In this document: positions 1 through 12,194 of the stretch, one piece after another
How positions within the stretch are numbered: the stretch's first letter is position 1
Layout of the letters: each line of letters begins with the position of its first letter
Source: Candidatus Latescibacterota bacterium
Lineage (GTDB): Bacteria > Latescibacterota > UBA2968 > UBA8231
DNA length: 64,000 bases
Assembly (NCBI GenBank): GCA_965261395.1
Contig: OZ253462.1
Coordinates: 3,904,001-3,968,000 of the forward strand
Direction: 5' to 3'
Position numbers and translations under genes: made by a program
The notes under the pieces: generated by a model
What the model was told of the DNA's origin: nothing
Seen by the model: the letters and a program-made list of their open reading frames with translations, nothing else
Databases searched by the model: none

Positions 1-2437
1 CTTTGTCTTGGAGGATGGACGACCACGCCAACCAGCGACGAATCGCTTCATCCAGGTCCTGCAGGCGGGTCTGGTCCACGGCAAGGAAGACCAGCGTATT
101 GCGAAAAAGGCGCGGGGTGTTGCCGCGATTTTCGAGTATGGCGGTGGCTGCGGCCTGCGCCTTGCTGTTCGACCCGCTGCTGTGTGGGTGCTCAGTCCCT
201 AGCACCACCAGACGGGCCTCCATGTCGTCGGGGATATCAGCGCCGGATTGCGGCACCGTATGGATGCGCTGGAAGTCGCCCGTGGTGCGCAGGTCGGTGC
301 GCAACCGCTGCTCGATCTCGGCCACCACTGGCGCGGGATCGCGCCTGAATTGATCGGCCCGGTCTTCCGCCAGCTTGGTGACAGTCGGCTGCGTTGAGTA
401 CCAGTAGCGCGGGCCATCCTGATAGAGGAAGGTCGCCTGCGTGCTCAGGCGACGCAGGGCATCGCCAAAGATCGCTGGTGTTTCACCCGGCATTGCGCAG
501 CCGAGCTTGATCCGGCGGTCCTCAATGCCGCGATTGGCCACCGAGGTCGTCGGCGCGGAGCCGAGGTACACGGTGCGCGCTACCCGGCGAGTCGCGGAGA
601 ATTTGCCCAAGTTCGCTACCTCGCCGTCAATGCGCTGCGGCAGTGCATTCGGGCCATCGACATCCGCCTCGATGATCGGCGTCCAGTTGTCGGACAGATA
701 GCGGGTCAACTCGTTGCGGACGTGCGGGTCGTCGATGGGGATGTGTGCTGGCATGATCAGCGGGTTGCGGTCGCCGCGGTCCCACAGACTGTGGATGACG
801 GCGGCCATCAGACGCAGGACGCCGCGCGTGCGCTGAAACTTCACTAGCGCGGACCAGTCCGTGTAGAGCCGGTCGAAGACTTCTGGATGGATTGGATAGG
901 CAGCACGCAGGCGGCGCTCGTAGTCGGCGTCCCGGCATTCGGTAGGGAACTCCTGCTGCTGGGCGCGGTAGAAGTCGGCAAAGGTGCGTGAGACATTGTC
1001 GCGGGCCGTGAAATGCTCGCGCTCGCTCAAGGGTTCAAATAGACGGCGGCGCACGATCTCAAAGCCTTCTTCGGTACTCGCTGGCGTCCAGGAGGATTCG
1101 ACGCGGCCAATGACATTCTTGAGCCGCGACAGCGCCGCCCGGCCGCGGAGGCCACCGACTTCCTCGTCTTCACCTTGGGCATGGGGGGAGGTCGCCGTAT
1201 CCGATGACGGCAAGCTGATCACCAGCAGGCAATGGTTCGCCGCCCGCGCGGATTCGGTCAAGGTCTGGGCAAAGCTGAAGTGGGTTTCGAAACTGCCGGC
1301 TGGCAGGTCGGCGTCGTCGTGCAACTGGCGGGCGTAGGCGACCCATTCGTCGATCAGAATGAGACACGGCCCGTATTCGTTCATCAATTCGCGGAGGGCG
1401 TCGCCTGGGTTGGTGGCGCGCTCGTCGTCCTGCCGCACTTTGTCGAATGCCGCTTTGCCGCCGAGTTGCCAAGCGAGTTCGCCCCACAGTGTCCTGACCA
1501 CGGTGCCATCTTCCTTTGCCGACGGATTGCCGGGCGAGATCTTGTTGCCGACCAGCACGACCCGTTTGACATGGTCGGGCCGTGCGGCGATTTCGGCTGA
1601 TGCTATCAGGTCGTCGATACCCAGCAACTCGCCGGTTGGCATTCCTGAGAATAGATGGTACAGGGCTAGCATGGAGTGGGTCTTGCCGCCGCCGAAGTTG
1701 GTCTGTAGTTCCACCACTGGATCGCCGCCCTGACCGCTCAGCCGCTGCATCGCTCCGCTTAGCAGGCTCTTCAGGCTTTCCGTCAGATAGGTGCGGCGAA
1801 AGAACTCCGCTGGGTTGCGGTACTCGTCGGTTCCTTCACCGATATGGACCTGCCACAGGTCCGCGGCGAACTCGGCCTGCTGGTAGCCGCCGCTGGCCAC
1901 GTCGCGATGCGGGGCTACGACCTCGCGCCAGGGCTTCAGGCTGCCGGTGGCTTGGCTCTCGACGGTGTTGCCAGCGCCGCGCCGGCGTTCACTGCGCGCC
2001 TGCTCCTCAAAGATCAGACGGCGCAGTTCCATCTTCATGCGATTGACCTCGTCTGCTTGCGGCGCGGAAACGGCTGTCAGCAGGCGGGCGATAGAGTCGA
2101 GGGTGCGGTCGGCGTCGTCGCTGGAGAAGCTGTCTTGGTGCGCCCACTTGTTGCGCTGGTCGCGGATTTCGTTGACGAGGCTGCGCTCGGCACGGCCCAG
2201 TACAGTGCGGAACACGTCATTCCACGTTTCCCACATGAGCTTGAGAAGTGCGGCTACATCCCACTGGTCTATGGGCTTGTCGGTCAGGTGTGGATCATCG
2301 ACAAAGCGCCGGACGGTGTCCATGTGTACGCCACCGGCCTTGATTTTGTCTTGGACCTCGCGCTCGACAAATGGGCCAAGTCCGGCCTTGAGGAGTTCGA
2401 GTGCTTTGCCGACGCGTTCTTGATTGGTAATGGCCAT
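1..2437 (-). CDS. DUF499-family AAA+ ATPase with N-terminal Swt1-like HEPN domain (3' end runs off the window)
   Basis: Not in the ORF track; translated by hand from ATG at 2437: MAITNQERVGKALELLKAGLGPFVERE...RNKWAH (HEPN RxxxxH)...LKPWREVVAPHRDVASGGYQQAEFAADL...QTNFGGGKTHSMLALYH (Walker A)...LILIDEWVAY (Walker B). Confidence 0.9.
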   Translation of the reverse strand, partial: MAITNQERVGKALELLKAGLGPFVEREVQDKIKAGGVHMDTVRRFVDDPHLTDKPIDQWDVAALLKLMWETWNDVFRTVLGRAERSLVNEIRDQRNKWAHQDSFSSDDADRTLDSIARLLTAVSAPQADEVNRMKMELRRLIFEEQARSERRRGAGNTVESQATGSLKPWREVVAPHRDVASGGYQQAEFAADLWQVHIGEGTDEYRNPAEFFRRTYLTESLKSLLSGAMQRLSGQGGDPVVELQTNFGGGKTHSMLALYHLFSGMPTGELLGIDDLIASAEIAARPDHVKRVVLVGNKISPGNPSAKEDGTVVRTLWGELAWQLGGKAAFDKVRQDDERATNPGDALRELMNEYGPCLILIDEWVAYARQLHDDADLPAGSFETHFSFAQTLTESARAANHCLLVISLPSSDTATSPHAQGEDEEVGGLRGRAALSRLKNVIGRVESSWTPASTEEGFEIVRRRLFEPLSEREHFTARDNVSRTFADFYRAQQQEFPTECRDADYERRLRAAYPIHPEVFDRLYTDWSALVKFQRTRGVLRLMAAVIHSLWDRGDRNPLIMPAHIPIDDPHVRNELTRYLSDNWTPIIEADVDGPNALPQRIDGEVANLGKFSATRRVARTVYLGSAPTTSVANRGIEDRRIKLGCAMPGETPAIFGDALRRLSTQATFLYQDGPRYWYSTQPTVTKLAEDRADQFRRDPAPVVAEIEQRLRTDLRTTGDFQRIHTVPQSGADIPDDMEARLVVLGTEHPHSSGSNSKAQAAATAILENRGNTPRLFRNTLVFLAVDQTRLQDLDEAIRRWLAWSSILQDK

Positions 2438-2712
2438 GATTTTACTTCCTTATAAATAGCTCTTGGTCGCCGTGCGACTGATTGCACTCGTCCACGGTCC
2501 AATTCGAGTACCTTGGAGCCGAGGACGCAAACGAAGAAGTGAAGCATAGTCAGTATTTGCAAGTCTTGGCAATAGGACTTGATCTTAGAGTCAGAAAGGC
2601 CAGCGCATTCCTCTAGGGCAACGGCCTGTCGAGATGCGATTCGCCAATATCTTACGCCACCCCAGCAGCCATTGTATTTAGACAAGTAAAATCTAGTGTT
2701 TATTTTTGAAGT

Positions 2713-3228
2713 ATGAAGAAGCAAACAGCCGTTTTGGACACCTCATTTTGGGTTTTGGGCCATCGAGCGGATGTACTCGCCTCTCTGTTTCGCTTTTTTG
2801 CGGCCGTTGTCCCATCGGCTGTCCAGACTGAAATACGAGCCCGCGATCCGCGTTATACACAGCGGGTATATGGGTATCAAGAACTGTTTGGCCTGATGAA
2901 GCGGCAGGGAGTATTGGCCATCCGCGATCCTGTTCAGCCGTTGGACCAGTTCCACGCAGGAGAAGTAGCTGCTTTGGGGTTGGCGCTCGACGAGAATCTG
3001 TGGCTGCTGGTGAATGAACTGCGTGCTCTGCGCTTTGCTCGGCAGCGCGGCCTGTCAAGGCGCTGACCGTTCCAGAATTCACCGTATATCTATACGAAAT
3101 AGAAGTGCTGTCTTGGCACAGTGTCCACAGATAAGCTGGATAGGATCGCCGCGAATACTGGAACGGCTTTGATGGATGCGGCCCGCCAAGCCGTGCGGAG
3201 CTTGGCCGAATCCCGAGGAGACCTATAG
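2713..3228 (+). pseudogene. PIN-domain protein (DUF3368-like) with two apparent compensating frameshifts
   Basis: AVLDTSFW...EI...HAGEVAALGLA...LLVNELRALRFARQRG is PIN-like. A plausible continuation KALTVPEFTVYLYE follows in another frame after ~3055 and returns to the first frame after ~3129, ending at TAG 3226-3228. Confidence 0.55.
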
Positions 3229-4032
3229 AATGAGTCCTCACAGCAGATGAAAGAGCATAGGGAGTCTAACCGACGACGGTATTCAAGTCGGTCAAGATTT
3301 TATCTACACAGGTTTTACTAAAACCTGTATCGTAATACGTGTAACTATCTTTATTAAAGGGAATAAGAGAGGGAGGCTCTTCATCTTTACATATAACATG
3401 CTTACGGACATCAGGGAGATTGTCGGAAAGGATTTCATTAATATACGGATCACGGAAGGCATACCCGACGAAGATTGCTACATCCGCCCTAAGTGCGGTC
3501 TTCCGTAGATGATCATGGAACATAATAAAAGGTTCTTCTTGGGGCCTTCCTTTAAGTCCTGGATACAAAACTGCTTGTTTTTTTTCATCCCCGGTATAAA
3601 CGGGACTTTGGACAATAGTACCGTCGCTGTTGCGCTGCCAATTCACTGATCCATGCAGCTTGGTCAGCCGCCCGTGACCGTTAATGGATGTGCCGGGACT
3701 ATCCCAAACAGTTGTATCTATGATCGTCTCATAATCATGATGCCTGATACCGTCCTCTATATCTATCCCATACTTTTTGATCGTACTTTCCAATACCAAG
3801 TCATAGTTTGTCGTGAAAATCTCAACAACGGGATCCGAAGATTGGAGATCCTTGAGAAAACGTGCCCAATTGGTTAATTGGTTCTTGTCAGGACGATGTG
3901 TGTATAGATTATGTACTAGGCTATTGATGCTATTTCTTAGATATAAACACTGGTCACTGAAAGATTCTCTATTCCTAATTATAGATTGAGTTTCAGACAC
4001 AGAGGCACCGAATTGAGCGGCCAAGTTATTAA

Positions 4033-4964
4033 GAAGCCGTCTGAAAACCCTTGCTGTAGCCGGTATTTGAATCGGCGTACTCATCGAGCCATATTCAGGT
4101 TTCGCGACAAAATCTGAACAGAAAGGCTCGTATGATGAGTACGCCTAGTAGGCAATATGCCACCGATGTAACCGATGTGCAATGGCGTCGGATCGAACCG
4201 TTGCTGCCGGCTTCGACATGGCAGCCGAACGGTCCGGGTCGGCCACCGCGGGATCGACGCCAGATCGTCAACGGCCTTTTGTATCTGACCAAGACCGGTT
4301 GTCCTTGGGCTTTGTTGCCTTCTTGTTTTGGACCGTGGAAAACGGTGTATGATTACTTTCGTCGCTGGAGTCTACAAGGGGTCTGGCCGCAGGTATTGGA
4401 TCGACTCACCCAGCGGGAACGCCGCCTCAACGGACGGGCTCCAACGCCGTCGGCTGGCGTAGTCGATAGTCAGACGATCAAGACGGCAACCCATGGTAAA
4501 ACAACCGGTTATGACGCCGGAAAAAAGGTCAAGGGGCGCAAGCGTCATCTGTTGGTCGACACCTCGGGCTTGCTTAGACAGGTGGTGGTCACCGCCGCCG
4601 ATGTAGAGGATCGGGACGGCCTCAAGCAGGTGTTGACCCGCTTGGGGGCCTCCGGCGTAGCCCGGTTACGCAAACTGTGGGGCGATGGCGGCTATCGAGG
4701 CGATCCGATCCGAACGTGGGTGGCTAACGTAAAAAAGACGCACAAAATAGACTTGGAAGTCGTCGCCAAACAAGGCCCCGGCTTTGAGGTGTTACCACGC
4801 CGTTGGGTCGTCGAGCGCACGTTTGCGTGGTTGATGAATTTTCGCCGACATGCCCGAGATTATGAGGTGTTGACCCACCATAGCGAAGCCTTGATCCAGA
4901 TTGCTATGATCCACTTGCTGCTCAAACGGATCAAATAGAAAAAATATAGTTTTCAGACGGCTTC
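4033..4964 (+). mobile_element. IS5-family insertion sequence (IS1031-like), 932 bp
   Basis: Perfect 16-bp terminal inverted repeats GAAGCCGTCTGAAAAC (4033-4048) and GTTTTCAGACGGCTTC (4949-4964). Flanks are TAA and TCA. Confidence 0.92.
4132..4938 (+). CDS. IS5-family DDE transposase
   Basis: YATDVTDVQW, TGCPWALLP, VVDSQTIK, KGRKRHLLVDTSG, WGDGGY and RWVVERTFAW motifs. Confidence 0.95.
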   Translation: MMSTPSRQYATDVTDVQWRRIEPLLPASTWQPNGPGRPPRDRRQIVNGLLYLTKTGCPWALLPSCFGPWKTVYDYFRRWSLQGVWPQVLDRLTQRERRLNGRAPTPSAGVVDSQTIKTATHGKTTGYDAGKKVKGRKRHLLVDTSGLLRQVVVTAADVEDRDGLKQVLTRLGASGVARLRKLWGDGGYRGDPIRTWVANVKKTHKIDLEVVAKQGPGFEVLPRRWVVERTFAWLMNFRRHARDYEVLTHHSEALIQIAMIHLLLKRIK

Positions 4965-5400
4965 TCAGCATATTATTACTCATCATCCACCCCATTATAC
5001 TATCGGGATTAAGTGTGGCATCAAAGGTTCTATTAAAATCATCAATAGTCCACAGAACATCCTCGATGTCAATAAGACTTTCTTTCTTTTGGGCTTTAAG
5101 GAATTCATGGATAAAATTATACAAAGCGTTGTTCTTTACGTCTTCTGGAAGACGTTTGAAGAACTCGATAGTGGTAGGGTAATTTTTGGAATCTACAGAA
5201 GCGGAGCTTCCTGCGCCTGCGAAGACTAGAATCATTCTAATTATCCTTGAATTTGGTGGTTCTGACTAAGACGGTTGACGCAAGCAATTTGCAGCGTGAG
5301 ATCAACGGCGTCAAGAGGGGTGTTACTGCAACTCGGTCCGGCCCAATAGGTTGGACCTTGACATCTCAGACGCGTTTTCTTCAACTTCGTCGGATTCGTA

Positions 5401-5646
5401 TTAACACAACGTAACGAACTCGTCGCCTTCGACTTTACCAATAATTTTATCGAACGAAATATTGCCGTCGTCTGATCGAAAAGCCCAAAGCCGTTCGACA
5501 ATGGCACTGGGATATTCTACAGAAACCATTAATTCCAGCGTTATCTGTCCTTTTTTAGAAATTTCAAGCGTCCCAGAGAGTACATTTTCTTCCTCGCTAG
5601 GCAGCCAAAAATATCCATGCCTTTCAATGGAAGCTGCGAGTCGCAT
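5401..5646 (-). pseudogene. Truncated ApeA N-terminal-domain (HEPN/ApeA-like) gene fragment
   Basis: GYFWLPSEEENVLSGTLEI...ITLEL...IIGKVEGDEFVTL resembles the ApeA_NTD1 start. It stops after 81 aa. Confidence 0.6.
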
Positions 5647-5652
5647 AATTCA

Positions 5653-5817
5653 TTATCCTAAATTAGCCTGTGAATCGAGATCGACGGTAATGGTAATCAC
5701 TGGGCGATCCAACTTGGACAGCATCGAGGCAGTATGATATATCAAAGAGGTTTTCCCTACGTCTTCCTTGTTATTGAAGAAGGTCAAGACAGGTGTACTC
5801 CTGATCGTATCCGTCAT
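5653..5817 (-). pseudogene. ParA/Soj-family ATPase N-terminal stub (54 aa)
   Basis: Hand translation MTDTIRSTPVLTFFNNKEDVGKTSLIYHTASMLSKLDRPVITITVDLDSQANLG*, a decayed FNNKGGVGKT...DLDPQANL. Its start overlaps the DUF6615 stop (ATGA). Confidence 0.75.
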
Positions 5818-6707
5818 TCCGTCATCCCCTCGACCAAAAGGAGATGACCGGGCAATCCCTCGGTCGGGGCATCTGATGCTTGCACTTTCCTTGTCTCTAA
5901 CATTATAGAATCCCGCCGTAATTCCTTATGCCGTAATCCCTCATGCCGCAATATCTCATGCCGTAACCTCTCAACATCTTCATCCGATAGCTTTGCGTCA
6001 TCTCGGGACCACAGCCATTCCGGCCAGCCACCGTCAACCGGTTCGAAGTGTACCCAGTCATAGTTTTGCAAGTCATCTACATCTAATGGTAGAAATGACC
6101 CGAGAAATGCGGACAGGCTACGGGAGGAGGCGGGCAGGAAGCGGTGGTCGCGGCCCTGCCGGCAGTCAAAAAGGCAACGCCAAGGCAATGCGGCGCATGA
6201 TGTATGAATCGAGTCAAAGTTCCTAGTTCTAGCCCGGATCGCTTGGCGAATATTCCAGCTTGGCACCAAAGTACAACCTAGTTGCCTTTCGTCGGGACAC
6301 CGACAGCAATGCCAATATGGTTGTATCTTGTGCCGGGCCACGTAGTTGTACAAAAGATAAAGTGGGATGGCGCGTACGCTCCGGGAGTACGTCTCAAGGA
6401 TGTCTATCTGAGATTTCGCTTTGGCGTCGAGACGATAACGCCCCTCGGTTTGATATAGCTTCTTGGCTTGCACTGCAAATGCTGCGGCTCGGTTGCCACC
6501 GGCGTGAATCCGGATTTCCAGATCGGTACCTCGTCTCGATTCCTGACTTTTAGTGCTTTGAAATAGCCTAGTACGACCCTCCATTGAACGTGTGAAATCC
6601 AAAATGAGTAGATCAGTAAGCGTCTCCTCTCCCAACCGGACTTGCACGTCCCATGACTGTTTGAGCCTTCCCCATGTATCCTCTGCGATTTGTTCAGCGG
6701 GGGTCAT
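5814..6707 (-). CDS. DUF6615-family protein (putative PD-(D/E)xK-type nuclease)
   Basis: GEETLTDLL...ESRRGTDLE...AVQAKKL...QIDIL...PLYLLYN...GC motifs. Confidence 0.7.
   Translation of the reverse strand: MTPAEQIAEDTWGRLKQSWDVQVRLGEETLTDLLILDFTRSMEGRTRLFQSTKSQESRRGTDLEIRIHAGGNRAAAFAVQAKKLYQTEGRYRLDAKAKSQIDILETYSRSVRAIPLYLLYNYVARHKIQPYWHCCRCPDERQLGCTLVPSWNIRQAIRARTRNFDSIHTSCAALPWRCLFDCRQGRDHRFLPASSRSLSAFLGSFLPLDVDDLQNYDWVHFEPVDGGWPEWLWSRDDAKLSDEDVERLRHEILRHEGLRHKELRRDSIMLETRKVQASDAPTEGLPGHLLLVEGMTE
5907..5966 (-). repeat. 4 x 15-bp in-frame tandem repeat (LRHEI-LRHEG-LRHKE-LRRDS)
   Basis: Plus-strand units agaatcccgccgtaa / ttccttatgccgtaa / tccctcatgccgcaa / tatctcatgccgtaa. Confidence 0.8.
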
Positions 6708-6718
6708 CTTCGATGTGC

Positions 6719-6778
6719 TTAGTTTGTGTGCCGCTCAAGCCAGCGGCGAGCTTCGTCAACGAGTTCAGGGTCGTTCAT
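6719..6778 (-). pseudogene. Probable HEPN-domain toxin N-terminal stub (19 aa)
   Basis: MNDPELVDEARRWLERHTN* overlaps the MNT 3' end, as HEPN partners do. The ARRWL start is typical of HEPN proteins in MNT-HEPN pairs. Confidence 0.45.
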
Positions 6779-7087
6779 AGAGAACCTTTCCTTCGCGGAG
6801 AGCTGAACGCAATGCGGTTCCCACAAGGTGCCCGCGACTAGCGACTTCCTCGGGAGTCGCTACTACTATGTCCTTGCATACTGGCAGATCGCCCAAGGCC
6901 CGACGGATCTCGATAGCCGTGTGCCGCTTGTCGGACACATTGGGCAGAATTACGAGTAGGTCAACGTCGCTTCATTCGGTTGCCGTGCCCCGTGCATGAG
7001 ATCCGAAGAGGACGACCTGCGAAGGCTGGAAGCCTCTCACGATGCGGTCCACCATAGTTGATATAAACGTTTCCGATGCGGCCACAT

Positions 7088-7091
<4 letters not shown>
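6765..7091 (-). pseudogene. Minimal nucleotidyltransferase (MNT antitoxin) with internal TGA
   Basis: MNVAASETFISTMVDRIVRGFQPSQVVLFGSHARGTATE*SDVDLLVIL...REGKVLYERP. GS...DxD motif, premature TGA at 6972-6974, ATGA overlap with the methylase stop. Confidence 0.85.
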
Positions 7092-9991
<2,900 letters not shown>

Positions 9992-9995
<4 letters not shown>

Positions 9996-10543
9996 TTGCA
10001 GACGGCCAAGAGGTTCGAGTTTGTAGTCAAAACCTCAATGCCGCCAGACGTGAAATCGCTGTCATTCGTAACCAGCTTCCAGCCATTGCGGCGACATGTT
10101 TCGGCCAGCAAGCCATCGTTGAAGTCAGTCGCTCCCGCTGCAAAATTAGCCAGCACTTGGGTGATATTGGCCGCAGCAAAAGGGTGATCGTGGCAGGCAC
10201 AGAGCTTGAGCATAGAGCGTGCAAAAACCGCTGCACCTTTGCCAACCGCCTTGAAGGCCGCCGATTTGCGGAATGATTTGAATCGAGGATACTGTTTCCG
10301 ATGCCGGACCTTCCATTCAATACGGCAGTAGGTGTTCAGATACTCACTGAGCACCATAGCGTCCATGATCAATTCGGCACCTACAGACTGCATGGATTTT
10401 AACCCGTTGCTATATTGCGCGAAGAATTTGCTCTTGCTTGTGGATGGCGGCGGATACAGGTAGAGCCACACGTTAGCATCGAGCAAGAACGTTTCGCCAC
10501 AGCTAAACGAATAGGCCGCCAGATCGTGCGCCTTATTCTTCAT
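9992..10543 (-). CDS. PIN-domain ribonuclease
   Basis: FLLDANVWL...LSEYLN...TDFNDG...LVTNDSDF supplies the acidic PIN tetrad. Start taken as MKNKAH at 10543; its stop overlaps the methylase ATG. Confidence 0.85.
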
Positions 10544-10907
10544 CGCCCAGTTCCTCCTGCCATGCCCGGTCAAAATCCTCGGGCCTGCTGAAATACGCCT
10601 TGGCGTTATAGACGACGTGCGTGAGCATTTCGTGGTCGTCAGCAGCCAAGTCGCGGAAGAAAAGCAACTCGTCAATGCGATCCTCGGACAGCTCGCCGTA
10701 GAGCTGGCCTACCGCCGCGTTCAGAAATGCAGAGATAAGGATATCCACCCGCTCGAAGGAAAGGACAACCGGCGTCCCCGCCTTTAGGAGCGGAGCGATC
10801 TTGTCGTGCAGATGCTGGCCGTCGCTGGCGGATACGCACAGGGGACCGCCGATAATGTCAAACACTTGCACAGTAATTGGTTCAGTCACGGTTTCACTCT
10901 TTCTCAT
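10533..10907 (-). CDS. STAS-like (DUF4325) protein
   Basis: CVSASDGQHLHDKI...VVLSFERVDILISAFLNAAVGQLY is a typical DUF4325/STAS-like pattern with Ser at the anti-anti-sigma phosphosite position. Confidence 0.8.
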   Translation of the reverse strand: MRKSETVTEPITVQVFDIIGGPLCVSASDGQHLHDKIAPLLKAGTPVVLSFERVDILISAFLNAAVGQLYGELSEDRIDELLFFRDLAADDHEMLTHVVYNAKAYFSRPEDFDRAWQEELGDEE

Positions 10908-11780
10908 TTAAGACACGTCGTCCGTGTCGATCTCACTCTTCAAGACGTAGACTCCCTCATCGGCCGTATTGATCCCAATCGTTACGGCAGTTCCGGGGAA
11001 GTCTGCCTCCATCTTCGCAAAGCTTTCCTTGTCGCAGTTCAATTCGTAAAACCCGAAGCGAGAGGCGATCTGAATCTTCCCTCCATTAAGGCGGGCGAAT
11101 TTCTGAAGAAACTCAAGGCCTAGCCCACCGGGGTGAGGGCCACGCTTCGTGGTGTTAAGCGGCTTGAGTGCCCATTTAAGAGCCGGGAGGGAACTGATAC
11201 GGGTATCATTGAAGTAACGACGGACGGTCTCGCGGATTCCGATACCGACATCGGCGATAGTAAAGTCGAGACGATGCTGTTGCGGGAAGAATTGGCCACA
11301 GACAAAGACGCCAAGTTCTGATTCGGAATGGACGACGGCATTCTGATAAACCTCAAAGACCTTTTTCTTGAAAACTCGGCTCGCTCCTTCGGACATCCTA
11401 GGAATACCTCTGCCGCTGAGTTGCCGATGGATATATTCCTCGAACTCGCCTTCGTCACTAAGGCGCAGATGGCGAAAGGGCATCGTTATGCGGTCAGAGT
11501 CATCGAGTGATTCATACCAATAATTGGTTAAGAACCGATTTTTCCGAAGTACCTGTTCCACCTTGTCAGGAACAGCAACGATCTTCACGATGTTGAATTT
11601 GTCAGCCACCTGGGCAAGAATCGCCCCTAGGGGTGCAGCCATGTTGGCGTCGAAAAACGAAACCCGCGACATATTGAGTTGCAGTCGGTCGGCAAAGAGA
11701 CCTTCGGCCGCTTTGGCGAGAGCACCGATGCTCTCGAAGCCTTGGCGGTTACTATGCAAGGTTGGTAGGTAATGGATCAC
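10908..11780 (-). CDS. N-terminal STAS-like domain plus GHKL (HATPase_c) ATPase/kinase
   Basis: LNMSRVSFFDANMAAPL (STAS-like), EVYQNAVVHS (N box), IADVGIGI (G1), GGLGL (G2), FPGTAV. No HisKA His, no TM segment. Confidence 0.85.
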   Translation of the reverse strand: MIHYLPTLHSNRQGFESIGALAKAAEGLFADRLQLNMSRVSFFDANMAAPLGAILAQVADKFNIVKIVAVPDKVEQVLRKNRFLTNYWYESLDDSDRITMPFRHLRLSDEGEFEEYIHRQLSGRGIPRMSEGASRVFKKKVFEVYQNAVVHSESELGVFVCGQFFPQQHRLDFTIADVGIGIRETVRRYFNDTRISSLPALKWALKPLNTTKRGPHPGGLGLEFLQKFARLNGGKIQIASRFGFYELNCDKESFAKMEADFPGTAVTIGINTADEGVYVLKSEIDTDDVS

Positions 11781-11923
11781 TGCGGCACCGTGGTCGCGAA
11801 GAACTTTGGTCTAGCTGACGGATCGTTGACCATCTGCGCAAAAATCACTGCCGACGCCGACGCCGCGTTGATGGCGTCGAGCGGTAAGGCGACTTCGATA
11901 AGCTTTTTACGGTGCCTAGTCAT
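11777..11923 (-). pseudogene. Duplicated, internally deleted 5' stub of the DUF1156 methylase (48 aa)
   Basis: [39 protein letters not shown] matches the start of 9995 but lacks the [15 protein letters not shown] segment. Its stop overlaps the GHKL start (GTGA). Confidence 0.85.
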
Positions 11924-12194
11924 TTTCGATCTACCATTTTTCAATAATTCACTCTTAGTGCGAGTTCGGGCGTTAGCGCCAGCGTGAAGTATCTGCCAGT
12001 TCTTGCATATGCCGTTCCGTTTTTCCGATCTTCGGCAGCCAGCCCGGCAGGACAATAGACAATATCAGTAGGCACGGCTTGTCGTCAGGTAGCGGGCTAG
12101 CAATCAGTTGCCGCCTATTGCTGCCGGCCCGCTCGCGGGAACCAATAATCTTATTATAAGATATGATGTGATGCTTTAGAATGCTCCGCCCACC

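Larger units (their letters stand above)
3266..5235 (-). pseudogene. SIR2-like (SIR2_2) NADase-family defence protein interrupted by an IS5-family element
   Basis: N-part MILVFAGAGSS (5235-4965) and C-part with FTTNYD, KLHGSVNW and FVGYAFRDPYIN (4029-3266). Removing the IS plus one 3-bp flank gives 1035 nt, an open 344-aa frame. Low GC. Confidence 0.88.

Noticed and set aside
4033-4084. ORF-track start of the 272-aa SIR2 ORF at 4084
   Set aside because: The start lies inside the IS left end. The true N-terminus is at 5235.
5275-5314. TTGACGC...GCGTCAA inverted repeat upstream of SIR2
   Set aside because: Short arms with a long loop; cannot be distinguished between promoter, terminator and chance.
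6972-6974. In-frame TGA in MNT as possible selenocysteine or readthrough
   Set aside because: The position is not a catalytic Cys site, no SECIS-like hairpin is evident and the partner gene is truncated. A nonsense mutation is simpler.
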